Positions 18,312-28,133 are shown, counted from the first letter of the stretch. The stretch: DNA of 49,165 nucleotides from an uncultured Eubacteriales bacterium (GCA_964495345.1 CAZBVV010000002.1:1-49165), one strand, 5' to 3'. Program-made: numbers and translations. Notes: generated from the sequence alone by a model not told the origin.

Positions 18312-18791
18312 ATGAAAATTGAACTGCGTCGCTTTTTTGAAGACGATGGTGTACTTGATATTGACTATCAATTTACAAGCGAAGATACAATGTTCGTATC
18401 TCCCGTTACTGTAAAAGGTCGTATAAAAAGTTCAAACAGCATAGTTTTATTAAAAGCAGATGTTGAGTGTTCCGTTTCGGCTCAATGTGCAAAGTGTGCC
18501 AAAGATATAGTTAAAAAGCTAAGCGTTCCCATGGAGCATCTTCTCGTATCTCAGCTTAACGATGAGGATAATGACGATTTTATTTTAGTAGAGAATATGC
18601 TTCTTGATCTTGATGTACTTGTGCAGGAAGATGTTTACCTTGCTTTACCTGCAAGATTTTTGTGCAAATCGGATTGTAAAGGTCTGTGTCCCTATTGCGG
18701 AATAGACTTTAATGAACGCTCATGTAACTGCAAAAAACCGATTGACCCAAGGTTTGCCGTGTTACAACAGCTTTTAGACGATGATGAATAA
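18312..18791 (+). CDS. DUF177 / YceD-family protein (usual partner of rpmF)
   Basis: It lies immediately upstream of rpmF. C-terminal Cys pairs (CKGLCPYCG...CNC) are typical of the family. I prefer ATG 18312 (GGAGG 9 nt upstream) over the TTG at 18306. Confidence 0.8.
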   Translation: MKIELRRFFEDDGVLDIDYQFTSEDTMFVSPVTVKGRIKSSNSIVLLKADVECSVSAQCAKCAKDIVKKLSVPMEHLLVSQLNDEDNDDFILVENMLLDLDVLVQEDVYLALPARFLCKSDCKGLCPYCGIDFNERSCNCKKPIDPRFAVLQQLLDDDE

Positions 18792-18819
18792 GAGTGTAAA
18801 TTATTAGGAGGTTTTTATA

Positions 18820-19002
18820 ATGGCAGTACCTGCAAGAAGAGTTTCCCGTGCAAGAAGAGATAAGAGACGTTCAAGTGTTTGGAAGATGGAAGCACCCTCT
18901 CTCCAGAAATGTTCACAGTGCGGTGAATACAAGGAAACACACAGAGTATGCGCTAACTGTGGCTACTACAACGGCAGACAGGTTATCAGCGTAGAAGAAT
19001 AA
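18820..19002 (+). CDS. rpmF: 50S ribosomal protein L32 (zinc-ribbon form)
   Basis: 60 aa beginning MAVPARRVSRARRDKRR, with CSQCG...CANCG. An AGGAGG RBS precedes the start. Confidence 0.93.
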   Translation: MAVPARRVSRARRDKRRSSVWKMEAPSLQKCSQCGEYKETHRVCANCGYYNGRQVISVEE

Positions 19003-19025
19003 TCTCAAATTTGTTTCTTACATTT

Positions 19026-19054
19026 AAGGCGGTGAATTTGTTCCCCGCCTTTTT
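19026..19054 (+). terminator. Intrinsic terminator after rpmF
   Basis: AAGGCGG (19026-19032) / CCGCCTT (19045-19051), running into a T run to 19054. Confidence 0.75.
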
Positions 19055-19098
19055 GGTGTTGTTTAAAGAATTTTTATAAAAAGAAGGAGGTTGCAGTT

Positions 19099-20421
19099 TT
19101 GGCAAAACCTATTGTTGCAATAGTCGGCAGACCGAATGTGGGTAAATCGACGCTTTTTAACAAACTTTGCGGTCAGAGGCTCGCTATTGTTGATGATACA
19201 CCCGGTGTTACAAGAGACAGGCTGTATGCTGAGTGCGAGTGGCTTGGTAAGAGCTTTTTGCTTGTTGATACAGGCGGTATTGAGCCTTATTCCGACGATG
19301 TTATACTTTCGCAGATGCGTCGTCAGGCACAGATCGCCATTGACAGTGCTGATGCCATAATATTTGTTACCGACATCAGAACAGGTGTAGTTGCAACCGA
19401 TGCAGAAGTTGCAACCATGCTTTTAAAAAGCGGCAAACCTATCGTGCTTTGCGTTAACAAATGCGATACTATCGGTGCTCCGCCTGTTGAGATTTATGAA
19501 TTTTATAATCTCGGCTTGGGTGATCCTATCGGTGTATCTGCGGCACACGGTCACGGCACAGGCGATTTGCTTGATGAAGTGTTCAAATATATCGGTGGTG
19601 AAGCTGCACAAGAGGACGAGGAGGAATATATCAAGGTTGCCATTATCGGTAAACCGAATGTAGGTAAATCCTCACTTGTTAATGCTATCTGCGGTGAAGA
19701 ACGAGTTATTGTTTCCGATATTGCAGGCACAACCCGTGATGCTACCGATACCACCGTTGAAAATCAGTACGGCAAATATATGCTTATTGATACGGCAGGT
19801 CTCCGCAGAAAGTCAAAGGTTGACGATACAATCGAAAAGTACAGCGTTATGCGTACAATTATGGCAGTTCAGAGGTCGAATGTGTGCGTTATTATGATTG
19901 ATGCTACCGAAGGCTTTACAGAGCAGGATTCTAAGGTTGCAGGGATCGCCCACGAGGAGGGCAAAGGCTGTATAATCGTTGTGAATAAGTGGGACGCAGT
20001 TGAAAAAGACGGTAAAACCATGGATGCGTACAGAAAAAAGCTGATGAATGATTTTTCTTTCATGTCATACGCTCCCATTATTTTTATTTCCGCTAAAACA
20101 GGCTTGCGACTCAATAAGCTTTTTGAACTTATCAATGCGGTAGATGCTCAGAACGCTATGCGTATCAGAACGGGCAGACTTAACGAAATTCTTGCCGAAG
20201 CACAGACAAGAGTTCAGCCGCCTACGGATAAGGGTAAGCGACTTAAAATTTATTATATGACTCAGCCGTCCACAAGACCGCCTACATTTGTATGCTTCGT
20301 TAATAATAAAGAGCTGTTCCATTACAGCTATCAGCGTTATATTGATAACAGAATACGCGAAGTTTTCGGTCTTGAAGGTACGCCTACAAGATATATCATC
20401 CGTGAACGAGGCGAAAAATAA
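19099..20421 (+). CDS. der: Ribosome-associated GTPase Der (EngA)
   Basis: 440 aa with two tandem G domains (GRPNVGKST and GKPNVGKSS, each with DTGG/DTAG and NKxD) plus a KH-like C-terminus. TTG start after GGAGG. Confidence 0.93.
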   Translation: MAKPIVAIVGRPNVGKSTLFNKLCGQRLAIVDDTPGVTRDRLYAECEWLGKSFLLVDTGGIEPYSDDVILSQMRRQAQIAIDSADAIIFVTDIRTGVVATDAEVATMLLKSGKPIVLCVNKCDTIGAPPVEIYEFYNLGLGDPIGVSAAHGHGTGDLLDEVFKYIGGEAAQEDEEEYIKVAIIGKPNVGKSSLVNAICGEERVIVSDIAGTTRDATDTTVENQYGKYMLIDTAGLRRKSKVDDTIEKYSVMRTIMAVQRSNVCVIMIDATEGFTEQDSKVAGIAHEEGKGCIIVVNKWDAVEKDGKTMDAYRKKLMNDFSFMSYAPIIFISAKTGLRLNKLFELINAVDAQNAMRIRTGRLNEILAEAQTRVQPPTDKGKRLKIYYMTQPSTRPPTFVCFVNNKELFHYSYQRYIDNRIREVFGLEGTPTRYIIRERGEK

Positions 20422-20429
20422 CAGTTAAA

Positions 20430-20457
20430 CCACCGGCTGAACCGGTGGCTTTTTTTT
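20430..20457 (+). terminator. Intrinsic terminator after der
   Basis: CCACCGG (20430-20436) / CCGGTGG (20442-20448) with a 5-nt loop, then T8. Confidence 0.8.
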
Positions 20458-20468
20458 GATTGATTTGT

Positions 20469-21410
20469 TTATACGGTAACAGCTTCTTTTTGCTCAGCAA
20501 ACAAATCCTCTATAAATTTCATGCTGTTTTCAAGGCATTTCATGGCAATATCCTTTTTTATCATAAGGTGGAAACAATGTCCGTTTGTAAGCCCTTCTGC
20601 ATAGAATGTTGACACCTTCGGACTGTATTTCATCAGTTTTTCAGCCATAGGTCTGCCCTGATTCGTGCAAATAACGTCTGAATCTGACCATGAGATAAAG
20701 ACGGGACACCATTTTTCGTTTACAAAATTAATAGGGGACATATAATCAAAATATTTGTAGTCCTTAATGTCGCTCATGTCTTCTTTAAGGTCATAACCAA
20801 CCAACAGGGAAGCTAATTCGGGAATGAGTCCCATGGGCATATCAACACTCATCATGCTCTCCATATCATACGGACCGCTGTGGAGTATCAGAGCCGCAAT
20901 ATCCACGTTAACAGCTTTAGCCTTTGTCTTTTCGGTGAGTACGGGATTTGTTCTGATAGCCTCAATCTGTGCTGCAAGATATGCTCCCGATGAATCACCT
21001 GTAACAACGATTCTGTTTAAATCAATGCTGTATTCCTCTGCAAGTTTTTCAACAAAATTCACCGCATCCACACAATCGTTAAGGCAGCCGAAAATATCCA
21101 CATTCGGCGGTAAACGGTAATTTATGTTGTAGACAAAATTGTCCTTGCTTGCATAATATTCGCAAAGTGTTTTTCTGTATCTTTTATCACCCATAACGAA
21201 TCCGCCGCCGTGAATGTTCACAATAATCGGATGTTTTTTGCCGTCTTTAAGAATCAGCGGATTAAAATACAAATCACCTGTGGAAAGTGTTTCATCCTCG
21301 TCGCTGAAAGGTATATCCTTGATGCAGTAAATGTTGTCATAATTAAAAGGATTCTGTGATTTTTCACAAACAACATCTATTGCTTTAAAAATTATCTGAG
21401 ATTTTTTCAT
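20469..21410 (-). CDS. Alpha/beta hydrolase, hormone-sensitive-lipase-like esterase
   Basis: HGGGF oxyanion motif and GDSSGA nucleophile elbow. I prefer ATG 21410 (MKKSQII, GGGGG RBS) over the longer ORF-track call ending at 21458. Confidence 0.8.
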   Translation of the reverse strand: MKKSQIIFKAIDVVCEKSQNPFNYDNIYCIKDIPFSDEDETLSTGDLYFNPLILKDGKKHPIIVNIHGGGFVMGDKRYRKTLCEYYASKDNFVYNINYRLPPNVDIFGCLNDCVDAVNFVEKLAEEYSIDLNRIVVTGDSSGAYLAAQIEAIRTNPVLTEKTKAKAVNVDIAALILHSGPYDMESMMSVDMPMGLIPELASLLVGYDLKEDMSDIKDYKYFDYMSPINFVNEKWCPVFISWSDSDVICTNQGRPMAEKLMKYSPKVSTFYAEGLTNGHCFHLMIKKDIAMKCLENSMKFIEDLFAEQKEAVTV

Positions 21411-21523
21411 GGTTAAACCCCCTGTAATTATTTTATCACAGTTGATTATTTCTTGCAATAATTGTTTTGGACTATCTGTTGAGATTGTGTTGCAAAAGAA
21501 TTAAATTTTTGTTAATTCTTCTG

Positions 21524-22687
21524 TTAAACGGTATCTGACGGAGCGATGTAAAGAGGCAACGGAAACCATGATGCACATTCTGCGGATAACTGATTTCTTT
21601 TGTCGGAGTAAAGTCCGCAAACAAGACGCATGGCATCAAGATGCTTTAATGCAATATCCGGACTTTCTTCCGTTTCGCAAACTGTAACGACGTTGTCTTT
21701 TACCGTAATCTTAATCTGCTCGGGGAGCTTGTTACCCTCAATAAACAGTACACATTCGCCGTCACACAGCTTGTTGTACCTTGCTTTGAATTTAAGTAAT
21801 GCTCTTATGACATTTTCGTAGCACATAATGTTAAACATTTCGGGATGAAAAATGTTGTAATTTTCGCAGTTGAGTGCAAGAAATCTGCAAAGGTCTGTTT
21901 CAATATCACCGCAGGCAATCTTTATTGATTTATCTTCGCTTGTTTCAAGTGCACAAATAACAATTTCTTCAATATCTTTCTTGTCTGCAAAACCAAGCTC
22001 GTAAACACAATGCATATCCTTGCTGAATACAAACCAGCCTTTTAAAGTGTCACCCTCAAACACAGCGTAAGGCTTTGCATTCCACGTTTTCATGATGTCG
22101 TACATGGTGGATGCACTTCTTTCAGCTTTGTAGGGGAGCCTGTTATAAATATCTGCAATCGCTTCAAGAGTTTTTGTGTCGTTTTTTTCCAAAAGTTTTG
22201 CTGTAAATTCTGATTTTTTGTCGCAAAAGAATTTTCTTGTTACATTCTCTTTGCAGTAAGTGAATTCATACCTTGCACCGCCGTGTTCAAAGCCGTGATG
22301 AGCATAACGCTGTCTTGCACCGCCGAGTATTGCAATATCAGCCATGCTCTGCTTGATTTCATCCATGGCAAGAGCCATGCAGAATCTCATATAACCCTCA
22401 CCTCTGTAATCGGGGTGAGTTGCAACGTTGCCTATGCCGGCTGTTTTAAGTGTTTCGTCACCAATATATAATTTGCTGTAATAAACGCCTACTGCGGCTC
22501 TCATTTCACCGTTTACGTCAAGAATAATGTTGTTCTCGGCAGGATGATATTCCTCATTGTAAAGCTTTGGAATAAGCGATTCAAATTTATCTTCCTCGGC
22601 AGTAAAACCGAACGTCTTGTTCAAAAGTGACATAAGCTCTTCTCTTTGAGAATCGTTGCCGTGACGCATATGTAAATAATCAGACAT
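21524..22687 (-). CDS. GNAT-family N-acetyltransferase, Eis-like three-domain architecture
   Basis: GNAT core GIGNVATHPDYRGEGYMRFCM, with a long C-terminal extension as in Eis-type enzymes. I prefer ATG 22687 (AGAGAGG RBS) over 22732. Confidence 0.7.
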   Translation of the reverse strand: MSDYLHMRHGNDSQREELMSLLNKTFGFTAEEDKFESLIPKLYNEEYHPAENNIILDVNGEMRAAVGVYYSKLYIGDETLKTAGIGNVATHPDYRGEGYMRFCMALAMDEIKQSMADIAILGGARQRYAHHGFEHGGARYEFTYCKENVTRKFFCDKKSEFTAKLLEKNDTKTLEAIADIYNRLPYKAERSASTMYDIMKTWNAKPYAVFEGDTLKGWFVFSKDMHCVYELGFADKKDIEEIVICALETSEDKSIKIACGDIETDLCRFLALNCENYNIFHPEMFNIMCYENVIRALLKFKARYNKLCDGECVLFIEGNKLPEQIKITVKDNVVTVCETEESPDIALKHLDAMRLVCGLYSDKRNQLSAECASWFPLPLYIAPSDTV

Positions 22688-22768
22688 AATTAACCTCTCT
22701 TGTGTTGTAATAAACAAAATAATATCATACAACTATAAAAAAATCAATAATTAAATATTTATATATTA

Positions 22769-22797
22769 CTTGCTAATTGCGAGTGATTGTGCTATAC
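22769..22797 (+). promoter_or_regulatory. Promoter TTGCTA-17-TATACT with TGn extension, upstream of ruvC
   Basis: -35 at 22769-22774, TGC at 22789-22791, -10 TATACT at 22792-22797. The -10 box lies inside the longest-ORF call that starts at 22787. Confidence 0.5.
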
Positions 22798-22831
22798 TAA
22801 GATGAATTATGCTGTACAGGTTGGTGTATTT

Positions 22832-23329
22832 TTGATTATTTTAGGTATTGACCCCGGCTATGCTATTGTGGGCTACGGTGTTGTAGAGTATAAAAACAAC
22901 CATTTCAGGGTGCTTGATTTCGGTGCTGTTACAACTGATGCACATACGGATTTTAATGACCGATTATTGCACATTTATACTCAGTTATCGGCAATTATTG
23001 AAAGATTTTCACCCGATGCCATGGCTATTGAAAAGCTGTTTTTTAACACAAATGCAAAAACTGCAATAGATGTTGCACAGGCAAGAGGCGTTATTCTGCT
23101 TGCGGCAAAGCAAAGAAACGTAGGCATTTTTGAATATACGCCCTTACAGGTAAAGCAAAGTGTCGTAGGCTACGGCAGGGCAGAGAAAAAGCAGGTACAG
23201 GAAATGACAAAGCTTTTGCTCAATCTTCAAAAAGTGCCGAAACCCGACGATACGGCAGATGCTCTTGCTATGGCTATATGTCATGCTCATTCAAGCGGTT
23301 CCGGTCTTGGTATGTTAAGTTATAAGTGA
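22832..23329 (+). CDS. ruvC: Crossover junction endodeoxyribonuclease RuvC
   Basis: The canonical N-terminus M-IILGIDPGYAIVGYG starts at TTG 22832, with GGTG 5 nt upstream. The acidic catalytic residues and the DAADALA-like motif (DTADALAMAICH) are present. The ORF-track start at 22787 overlaps the promoter. Confidence 0.88.
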   Translation: MIILGIDPGYAIVGYGVVEYKNNHFRVLDFGAVTTDAHTDFNDRLLHIYTQLSAIIERFSPDAMAIEKLFFNTNAKTAIDVAQARGVILLAAKQRNVGIFEYTPLQVKQSVVGYGRAEKKQVQEMTKLLLNLQKVPKPDDTADALAMAICHAHSSGSGLGMLSYK

Positions 23330-23339
23330 GGAAAATTTA

Positions 23340-23942
23340 ATGTTTTATTCGGTTACAGGTAATATAGTTGCGACGGATGCATCATCAGTTGCAGTAGAAT
23401 GTTCGGGCGTTGCGTTCAAATGCAATGCATCACTCAATACCCTTAAAAAAATCGGCTCAACAGGTAATAAAGTTACACTTTATACATATCTTTCCGTAAA
23501 AGAGGATGCTCTTGACCTTTTCGGATTTTACGATTTGCAGGAGCTTGACTGCTTTAAGCTGCTTATTGCAATATCGGGTGTGGGCCCGAAAGCGGCACTT
23601 GCCGTTTTGTCGGAAATGACTCCTGAAAGGCTTGCGCTTGCTGTTTCAAACAATGACCATAAAGCAGTAACAAAGGCTCAGGGTGTAGGGCCAAAGCTTG
23701 CACAGCGTATCGTTCTTGAGCTTAAAGGTAAATTAACCGTTGGTATTTCCGAGGATGATGCTTCTGCCGTTGCCGATTTTTCACAGGATTCGTCATCAAA
23801 TATCAAAGAGGCTGTTTCTGCTTTGCAGTTTCTCGGTTACACTCAGTATGATGCTTCAAAAGCTGTTAAATCACTTGATGCATCACTGTCCGTTGAAGAA
23901 ATGATAAAGAAAGCACTCGTTCTGCTTGCAAAAAATCTGTAA
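23340..23942 (+). CDS. ruvA: Holliday junction DNA helicase subunit RuvA
   Basis: 200 aa with helix-hairpin-helix motifs (ISGVGPKAALAVL, AQGVGPKLAQRIVLELK). Confidence 0.9.
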   Translation: MFYSVTGNIVATDASSVAVECSGVAFKCNASLNTLKKIGSTGNKVTLYTYLSVKEDALDLFGFYDLQELDCFKLLIAISGVGPKAALAVLSEMTPERLALAVSNNDHKAVTKAQGVGPKLAQRIVLELKGKLTVGISEDDASAVADFSQDSSSNIKEAVSALQFLGYTQYDASKAVKSLDASLSVEEMIKKALVLLAKNL

Positions 23943-23959
23943 TGAAAGGGTGATATATT

Positions 23960-24985
23960 ATGGCAAATGAGGAAGAATACAGGATGATGTCACCCGATTT
24001 CAGCTCGGCTGACTCGGATACGGAGGTTTCTCTAAGACCTAAAACCCTTGAAGATTATATCGGGCAGGAGAAAGTTAAGGAAAATCTTAAAATTTATATG
24101 GATGCGGCACTTGGCAGAAACGAAACACTTGACCATGTTCTGCTTTACGGTCCTCCCGGTCTGGGTAAAACAACTCTTGCAGGCATTATTGCCAATCAGA
24201 TGGGAGTACAAATAAGAGTCACGTCAGGACCTGCAATAGAAAAGCCGGGCGATTTGGCAGCACTTCTTACAAATCTAAATGAGGGTGACGTGCTCTTTAT
24301 TGACGAAATTCACCGTCTTTCAAGAAGCGTTGAAGAAGTTTTGTATCCCGCTATGGAAGACAATGTTATTGATATCATTATCGGTAAAGGCCCGTCTGCA
24401 AGGTCAATAAGGCTTGACCTTAAAAAGTTTACACTCGTAGGGGCAACAACGAGAGCAGGTCAGCTTACAGCTCCCTTGCGTGACCGTTTCGGTGTTGTTT
24501 TAAGGCTTGAATTGTATACGCCTTATGAGCTTGCACAAATTGTAAAAAGAAGTGCGTCAATCCTCGGTATTGAAATAGATGAAGACGGTGCATTGGAAAT
24601 TGCCTCAAGGTCAAGAGGTACACCCCGTATCGCAAACAGACTTCTGAAGCGAGCAAGGGATTTTGCACAGGTTGTTGGTAGCGGTATGATTACCGAAACG
24701 GATGCAAGACTTGCACTTTCCAGAATGGAAATTGACGAATTGGGTCTTGATAATATCGACAGATTGATTCTTACCACAATGATTAATAATTATAACGGCG
24801 GTCCTGTTGGACTTGACACGATTGCCGCCGCAATAGGTGAAGAATCCGTCACTATTGAGGATGTTTACGAACCATATCTTATGCAAATCGGATTTTTAGG
24901 CAGAACGCCCAGAGGTAGGGTCGTTACAAATGCGGCGTATGCTCATCTTGGCATAGCAAAACCGAGGCAGCAAGGCTTGTATTAA
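23960..24985 (+). CDS. ruvB: Holliday junction DNA helicase RuvB
   Basis: 341 aa with [12 protein letters not shown], Walker [10 protein letters not shown], Walker [10 protein letters not shown] and the [10 protein letters not shown] sensor region. Confidence 0.95.
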   Translation: MANEEEYRMMSPDFSSADSDTEVSLRPKTLEDYIGQEKVKENLKIYMDAALGRNETLDHVLLYGPPGLGKTTLAGIIANQMGVQIRVTSGPAIEKPGDLAALLTNLNEGDVLFIDEIHRLSRSVEEVLYPAMEDNVIDIIIGKGPSARSIRLDLKKFTLVGATTRAGQLTAPLRDRFGVVLRLELYTPYELAQIVKRSASILGIEIDEDGALEIASRSRGTPRIANRLLKRARDFAQVVGSGMITETDARLALSRMEIDELGLDNIDRLILTTMINNYNGGPVGLDTIAAAIGEESVTIEDVYEPYLMQIGFLGRTPRGRVVTNAAYAHLGIAKPRQQGLY

Positions 24986-25037
24986 ACAAAAATTAACATA
25001 GCAAACATATAATCGTTATTGAAAGGATTTGATTTTT

Positions 25038-26387
25038 ATGGGTAGATTATTCGGTACAGACGGTGCAAGAGGTATTGCAAATACAGAAATTACGGTAGAG
25101 CTTGCCATGCAAATAGGCAGAGCTGCGGCTATGGTGCTTGCAGAAAACACAAATCATAAGCCGAGAGTTTTAATCGGTGCAGATACAAGAAAATCAGCAG
25201 ATATGCTTTCAGCGGCTATTGCTTCGGGACTTTGTTCCGTGGGTGTTGACGTTCTTATGCTCGGTACTGTTCCCACACCAGCCGTTGCATATCTTGTAAA
25301 AGAATACGGCTATGATGCAGGCGTAATGATTTCCGCATCACACAACCCCTGTGAATACAACGGAATTAAAATATTTCAGTCCACAGGTTATAAATTGCCT
25401 GATGCCATGGAAAACGAGATTGAAGCAATTATTCTTGACGAGGCAAAAACTCCTCCCGTTGTTGTAGGCGGTGGTGTTGGTAAGGTTACGATTGCAACCG
25501 ACGCCGTATCCGATTACATCACACATCTTGCACACACCGCAGACAGACTTTTTTACGGTATGCGTATTGCTCTTGATTGTGCCAACGGCTCGGCAAGTGT
25601 TACTGCTAACAAGCTGTTTAAACAGCTCGGTGCAGAATGCTTTGTTATCAACGCAAATCCAAACGGCACGAATATCAATGATAATTGCGGTTCCACACAT
25701 ATTGAAAATCTGTCCAAATATGTTGTTGAAAATTCACTTGATTTAGGTTTTGCTTTTGACGGTGATGCCGACAGACTCCTTGCCGTTGATAAAAACGGTA
25801 AACTTGTAGACGGCGATAAACTTATGGCTATTGCCGCAAAGTATCTAAAAGAAAAGAATAAGCTTAACGGTAACACTCTTGTTGCAACCGTTATGAGTAA
25901 TATGGGATTGTTCTCATTCTGCGAGAAAAACGGAATAAACTGCGAAAAAACAAAAGTCGGTGACAGATACGTTCTTGAATGTATGCTCGAAAAGGGTTAT
26001 CACATCGGCGGTGAGCAATCGGGACATCTTATTTTCCTTGACCACGCTACCACCGGTGACGGTCAGCTTTCAGCCGTTCAGATTCTCAATATCATAAGAG
26101 ATACAGGTAAATCACTTGATGAACTTGCCGAAGAAATCGAAATATATCCTCAGGTGCTTAAAAATGTACGTGTTTCTGTTTTGGGTAAACACAGGCTTAA
26201 TGAAGATAAGGCAATTCTGCACGCAATAGAGGTTGCCGAAAAAGAGCTTGGTAAAAACGGAAGAGTTCTTGTAAGAGCGTCAGGTACGGAGCCTCTTGTA
26301 AGAGTAATGCTTGAAGGCAAAGACCCTCAGCAAATTGAAAAACTCAGTACAACTATTGCTGAGATTGTAGCAGAAAGGCTTATATAA
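25038..26387 (+). CDS. glmM: Phosphoglucosamine mutase
   Basis: MGRLFGTDGARG N-terminus, phosphoserine loop SASHNPCEYNGIK, and the DGDADR and GEQSGH motifs. I prefer ATG 25038. Confidence 0.93.
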   Translation: MGRLFGTDGARGIANTEITVELAMQIGRAAAMVLAENTNHKPRVLIGADTRKSADMLSAAIASGLCSVGVDVLMLGTVPTPAVAYLVKEYGYDAGVMISASHNPCEYNGIKIFQSTGYKLPDAMENEIEAIILDEAKTPPVVVGGGVGKVTIATDAVSDYITHLAHTADRLFYGMRIALDCANGSASVTANKLFKQLGAECFVINANPNGTNINDNCGSTHIENLSKYVVENSLDLGFAFDGDADRLLAVDKNGKLVDGDKLMAIAAKYLKEKNKLNGNTLVATVMSNMGLFSFCEKNGINCEKTKVGDRYVLECMLEKGYHIGGEQSGHLIFLDHATTGDGQLSAVQILNIIRDTGKSLDELAEEIEIYPQVLKNVRVSVLGKHRLNEDKAILHAIEVAEKELGKNGRVLVRASGTEPLVRVMLEGKDPQQIEKLSTTIAEIVAERLI

Positions 26388-27251
26388 ATGCGAATTTCCG
26401 ATAAATGGATTGATTATGAATTAATAGACTGTTCGGGCGGTGAACGCCTTGAACGTTGGGGGAACGTTACCCTTATCCGTCCCGACCCCCAGGTAATTTG
26501 GAACACTCCTAAAAAGCATCCTTTATGGCGAAATGCCGATGCAAGATACTTCCGTTCAAACAGCGGCGGAGGTAATTGGGAAGTATATAAAAATATTCCG
26601 GACAGATGGACAATAAACTACAACGAGCTTACGTTCAACATAAAAACAATGGGCTTTAAGCACACGGGTCTTTTTCCCGAACAGGCGGTAAACTGGGATT
26701 TTGTTGCCGATACGGTAAAAAAGCAAAACAGGGATATTAAAGTTCTTAATCTGTTTGCTTATACGGGCGGTGCAACGGTTTCAGCACTTAAAGCAGGTGC
26801 GGCTGTAACTCATGTTGACGCATCAAAGGGTATGGTGCTTTGGGCAAAGGAAAACTCAGTTTCATCCCGAACGGATAAAATGCCCGTAAGATGGCTTGTT
26901 GACGACTGTATAAAGTTCGTTGAAAGAGAAATCAGACGAGGCAATCACTACGATATTATCATTATGGATCCGCCCTCATACGGCAGAGGTCCCGGCGGAG
27001 AGGTATGGAAGCTTGAAGATGAGGTATTTCATCTTTGCACACTCTGTAAGGAGCTTCTTACGGATGAATCCTTACTTTTCCTGCTCAACTCTTATACAAC
27101 AGGTCTTTCACCTGCCGTTATGCAGTACATACTCGGCTCTGTAATTAAACCCTCGTTTGGCGGCAGCGTTTCTGCTGATGAATTGGGATTACCTGTCACA
27201 TCAACAGGATTGTGTCTGCCTTGCGGTTCAACAGCTATATGGCAAAAATAA
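26388..27251 (+). CDS. Class I SAM-dependent methyltransferase (RlmI / PF10672-like core without a PUA domain)
   Basis: 287 aa with VLNLFAYTGGATV (SAM motif I) and IIMDPPSYG (motif IV, DPPxY type). The ATG directly abuts the glmM stop. Confidence 0.7.
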   Translation: MRISDKWIDYELIDCSGGERLERWGNVTLIRPDPQVIWNTPKKHPLWRNADARYFRSNSGGGNWEVYKNIPDRWTINYNELTFNIKTMGFKHTGLFPEQAVNWDFVADTVKKQNRDIKVLNLFAYTGGATVSALKAGAAVTHVDASKGMVLWAKENSVSSRTDKMPVRWLVDDCIKFVEREIRRGNHYDIIIMDPPSYGRGPGGEVWKLEDEVFHLCTLCKELLTDESLLFLLNSYTTGLSPAVMQYILGSVIKPSFGGSVSADELGLPVTSTGLCLPCGSTAIWQK

Positions 27252-27269
27252 AATTTAAGGAATTTTTAA

Positions 27270-28133
27270 ATGAACGATAACACAATAGTAAGCTTCAGCG
27301 ATGTTTCTTACCGCTATGAATCTGATACAGATACACCGTTGCCGCTTGCAAGTAAAAATATTAACATAGATATAAAAAAAGGCGAATTTGTTGCAATTCT
27401 CGGTCATAACGGCTCGGGTAAATCAACACTTGCAAAGCTGTCCAATGCAATCATTCTGCCCGAAAGCGGAAAAATCCTCGTTAAAGGAATGGACACCGCC
27501 GACGAAAAGCTTGAATACGACATCAGGCAGACTGTGGGCGTTGTTTTTCAGAATCCCGACAATCAGATTGTTGCAACGATAGTTGAGGAAGACGTAGCTT
27601 TCGGTCCGGAAAACTTAGGCGTTGAACCGGAGGAAATCCGCAAAAGAGTGGATGATGCTCTAAAAACGGTCGGAATGTATGAATACCGTTTTCATCAGCC
27701 AAGTAAACTTTCGGGCGGGCAGAAACAGCGTGTTGCTATTGCCGGCATAATGGCTATGCAGACGGAATGTATCGTACTTGACGAGCCTACCGCCATGCTT
27801 GACCCTAAAGGCAGGGCAGAGGTTATGGACGCTATGCTCAGGCTTAACAAGGAGCTTGGTATAACGGTAATTCTTATCACTCACTATATGGATGAAGCCG
27901 TAAAGGCAGACAGGGTAATCGTAATGGATTCGGGCTCGGTTGTACTTAACGGCACACCGAGAGAGGTTTTTGCTCATGATGATATCATTGAGCGTACAGG
28001 ACTTGAATTGCCCGAAAGTGCCAAGCTTGCAAACGAGCTGAGAAAAAACGGCGTTTCATTACCGGAGGGAATCCTTACTCCCGAAGAATTTATTGAGGCA
28101 TTTGAATTTTTTGTTTCGGGAGGGGATAAGTAA
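27270..28133 (+). CDS. ecfA1: ECF transporter energy-coupling ATPase
   Basis: Walker A GHNGSGKST, signature LSGGQKQR, Walker B VLDEPT. First gene of the conserved ecfA-ecfA'-ecfT-truA run. Confidence 0.88.
   Translation: MNDNTIVSFSDVSYRYESDTDTPLPLASKNINIDIKKGEFVAILGHNGSGKSTLAKLSNAIILPESGKILVKGMDTADEKLEYDIRQTVGVVFQNPDNQIVATIVEEDVAFGPENLGVEPEEIRKRVDDALKTVGMYEYRFHQPSKLSGGQKQRVAIAGIMAMQTECIVLDEPTAMLDPKGRAEVMDAMLRLNKELGITVILITHYMDEAVKADRVIVMDSGSVVLNGTPREVFAHDDIIERTGLELPESAKLANELRKNGVSLPEGILTPEEFIEAFEFFVSGGDK

Noticed and set aside
22787-22831. N-terminal extensions in the longest-ORF calls: ruvC 22787, EEP gene 36966, orphan ectoprotein 39356, mltG 35666, esterase 21458, GNAT 22732, yceD 18306, mtaB 14975, glmM 25029, lipase-like gene 40742.
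   Set aside because: In each case a downstream start codon has a properly spaced GGAGG-type RBS and gives a canonical N-terminus or signal peptide. Several of the longer starts lie within promoter boxes or within the preceding gene.
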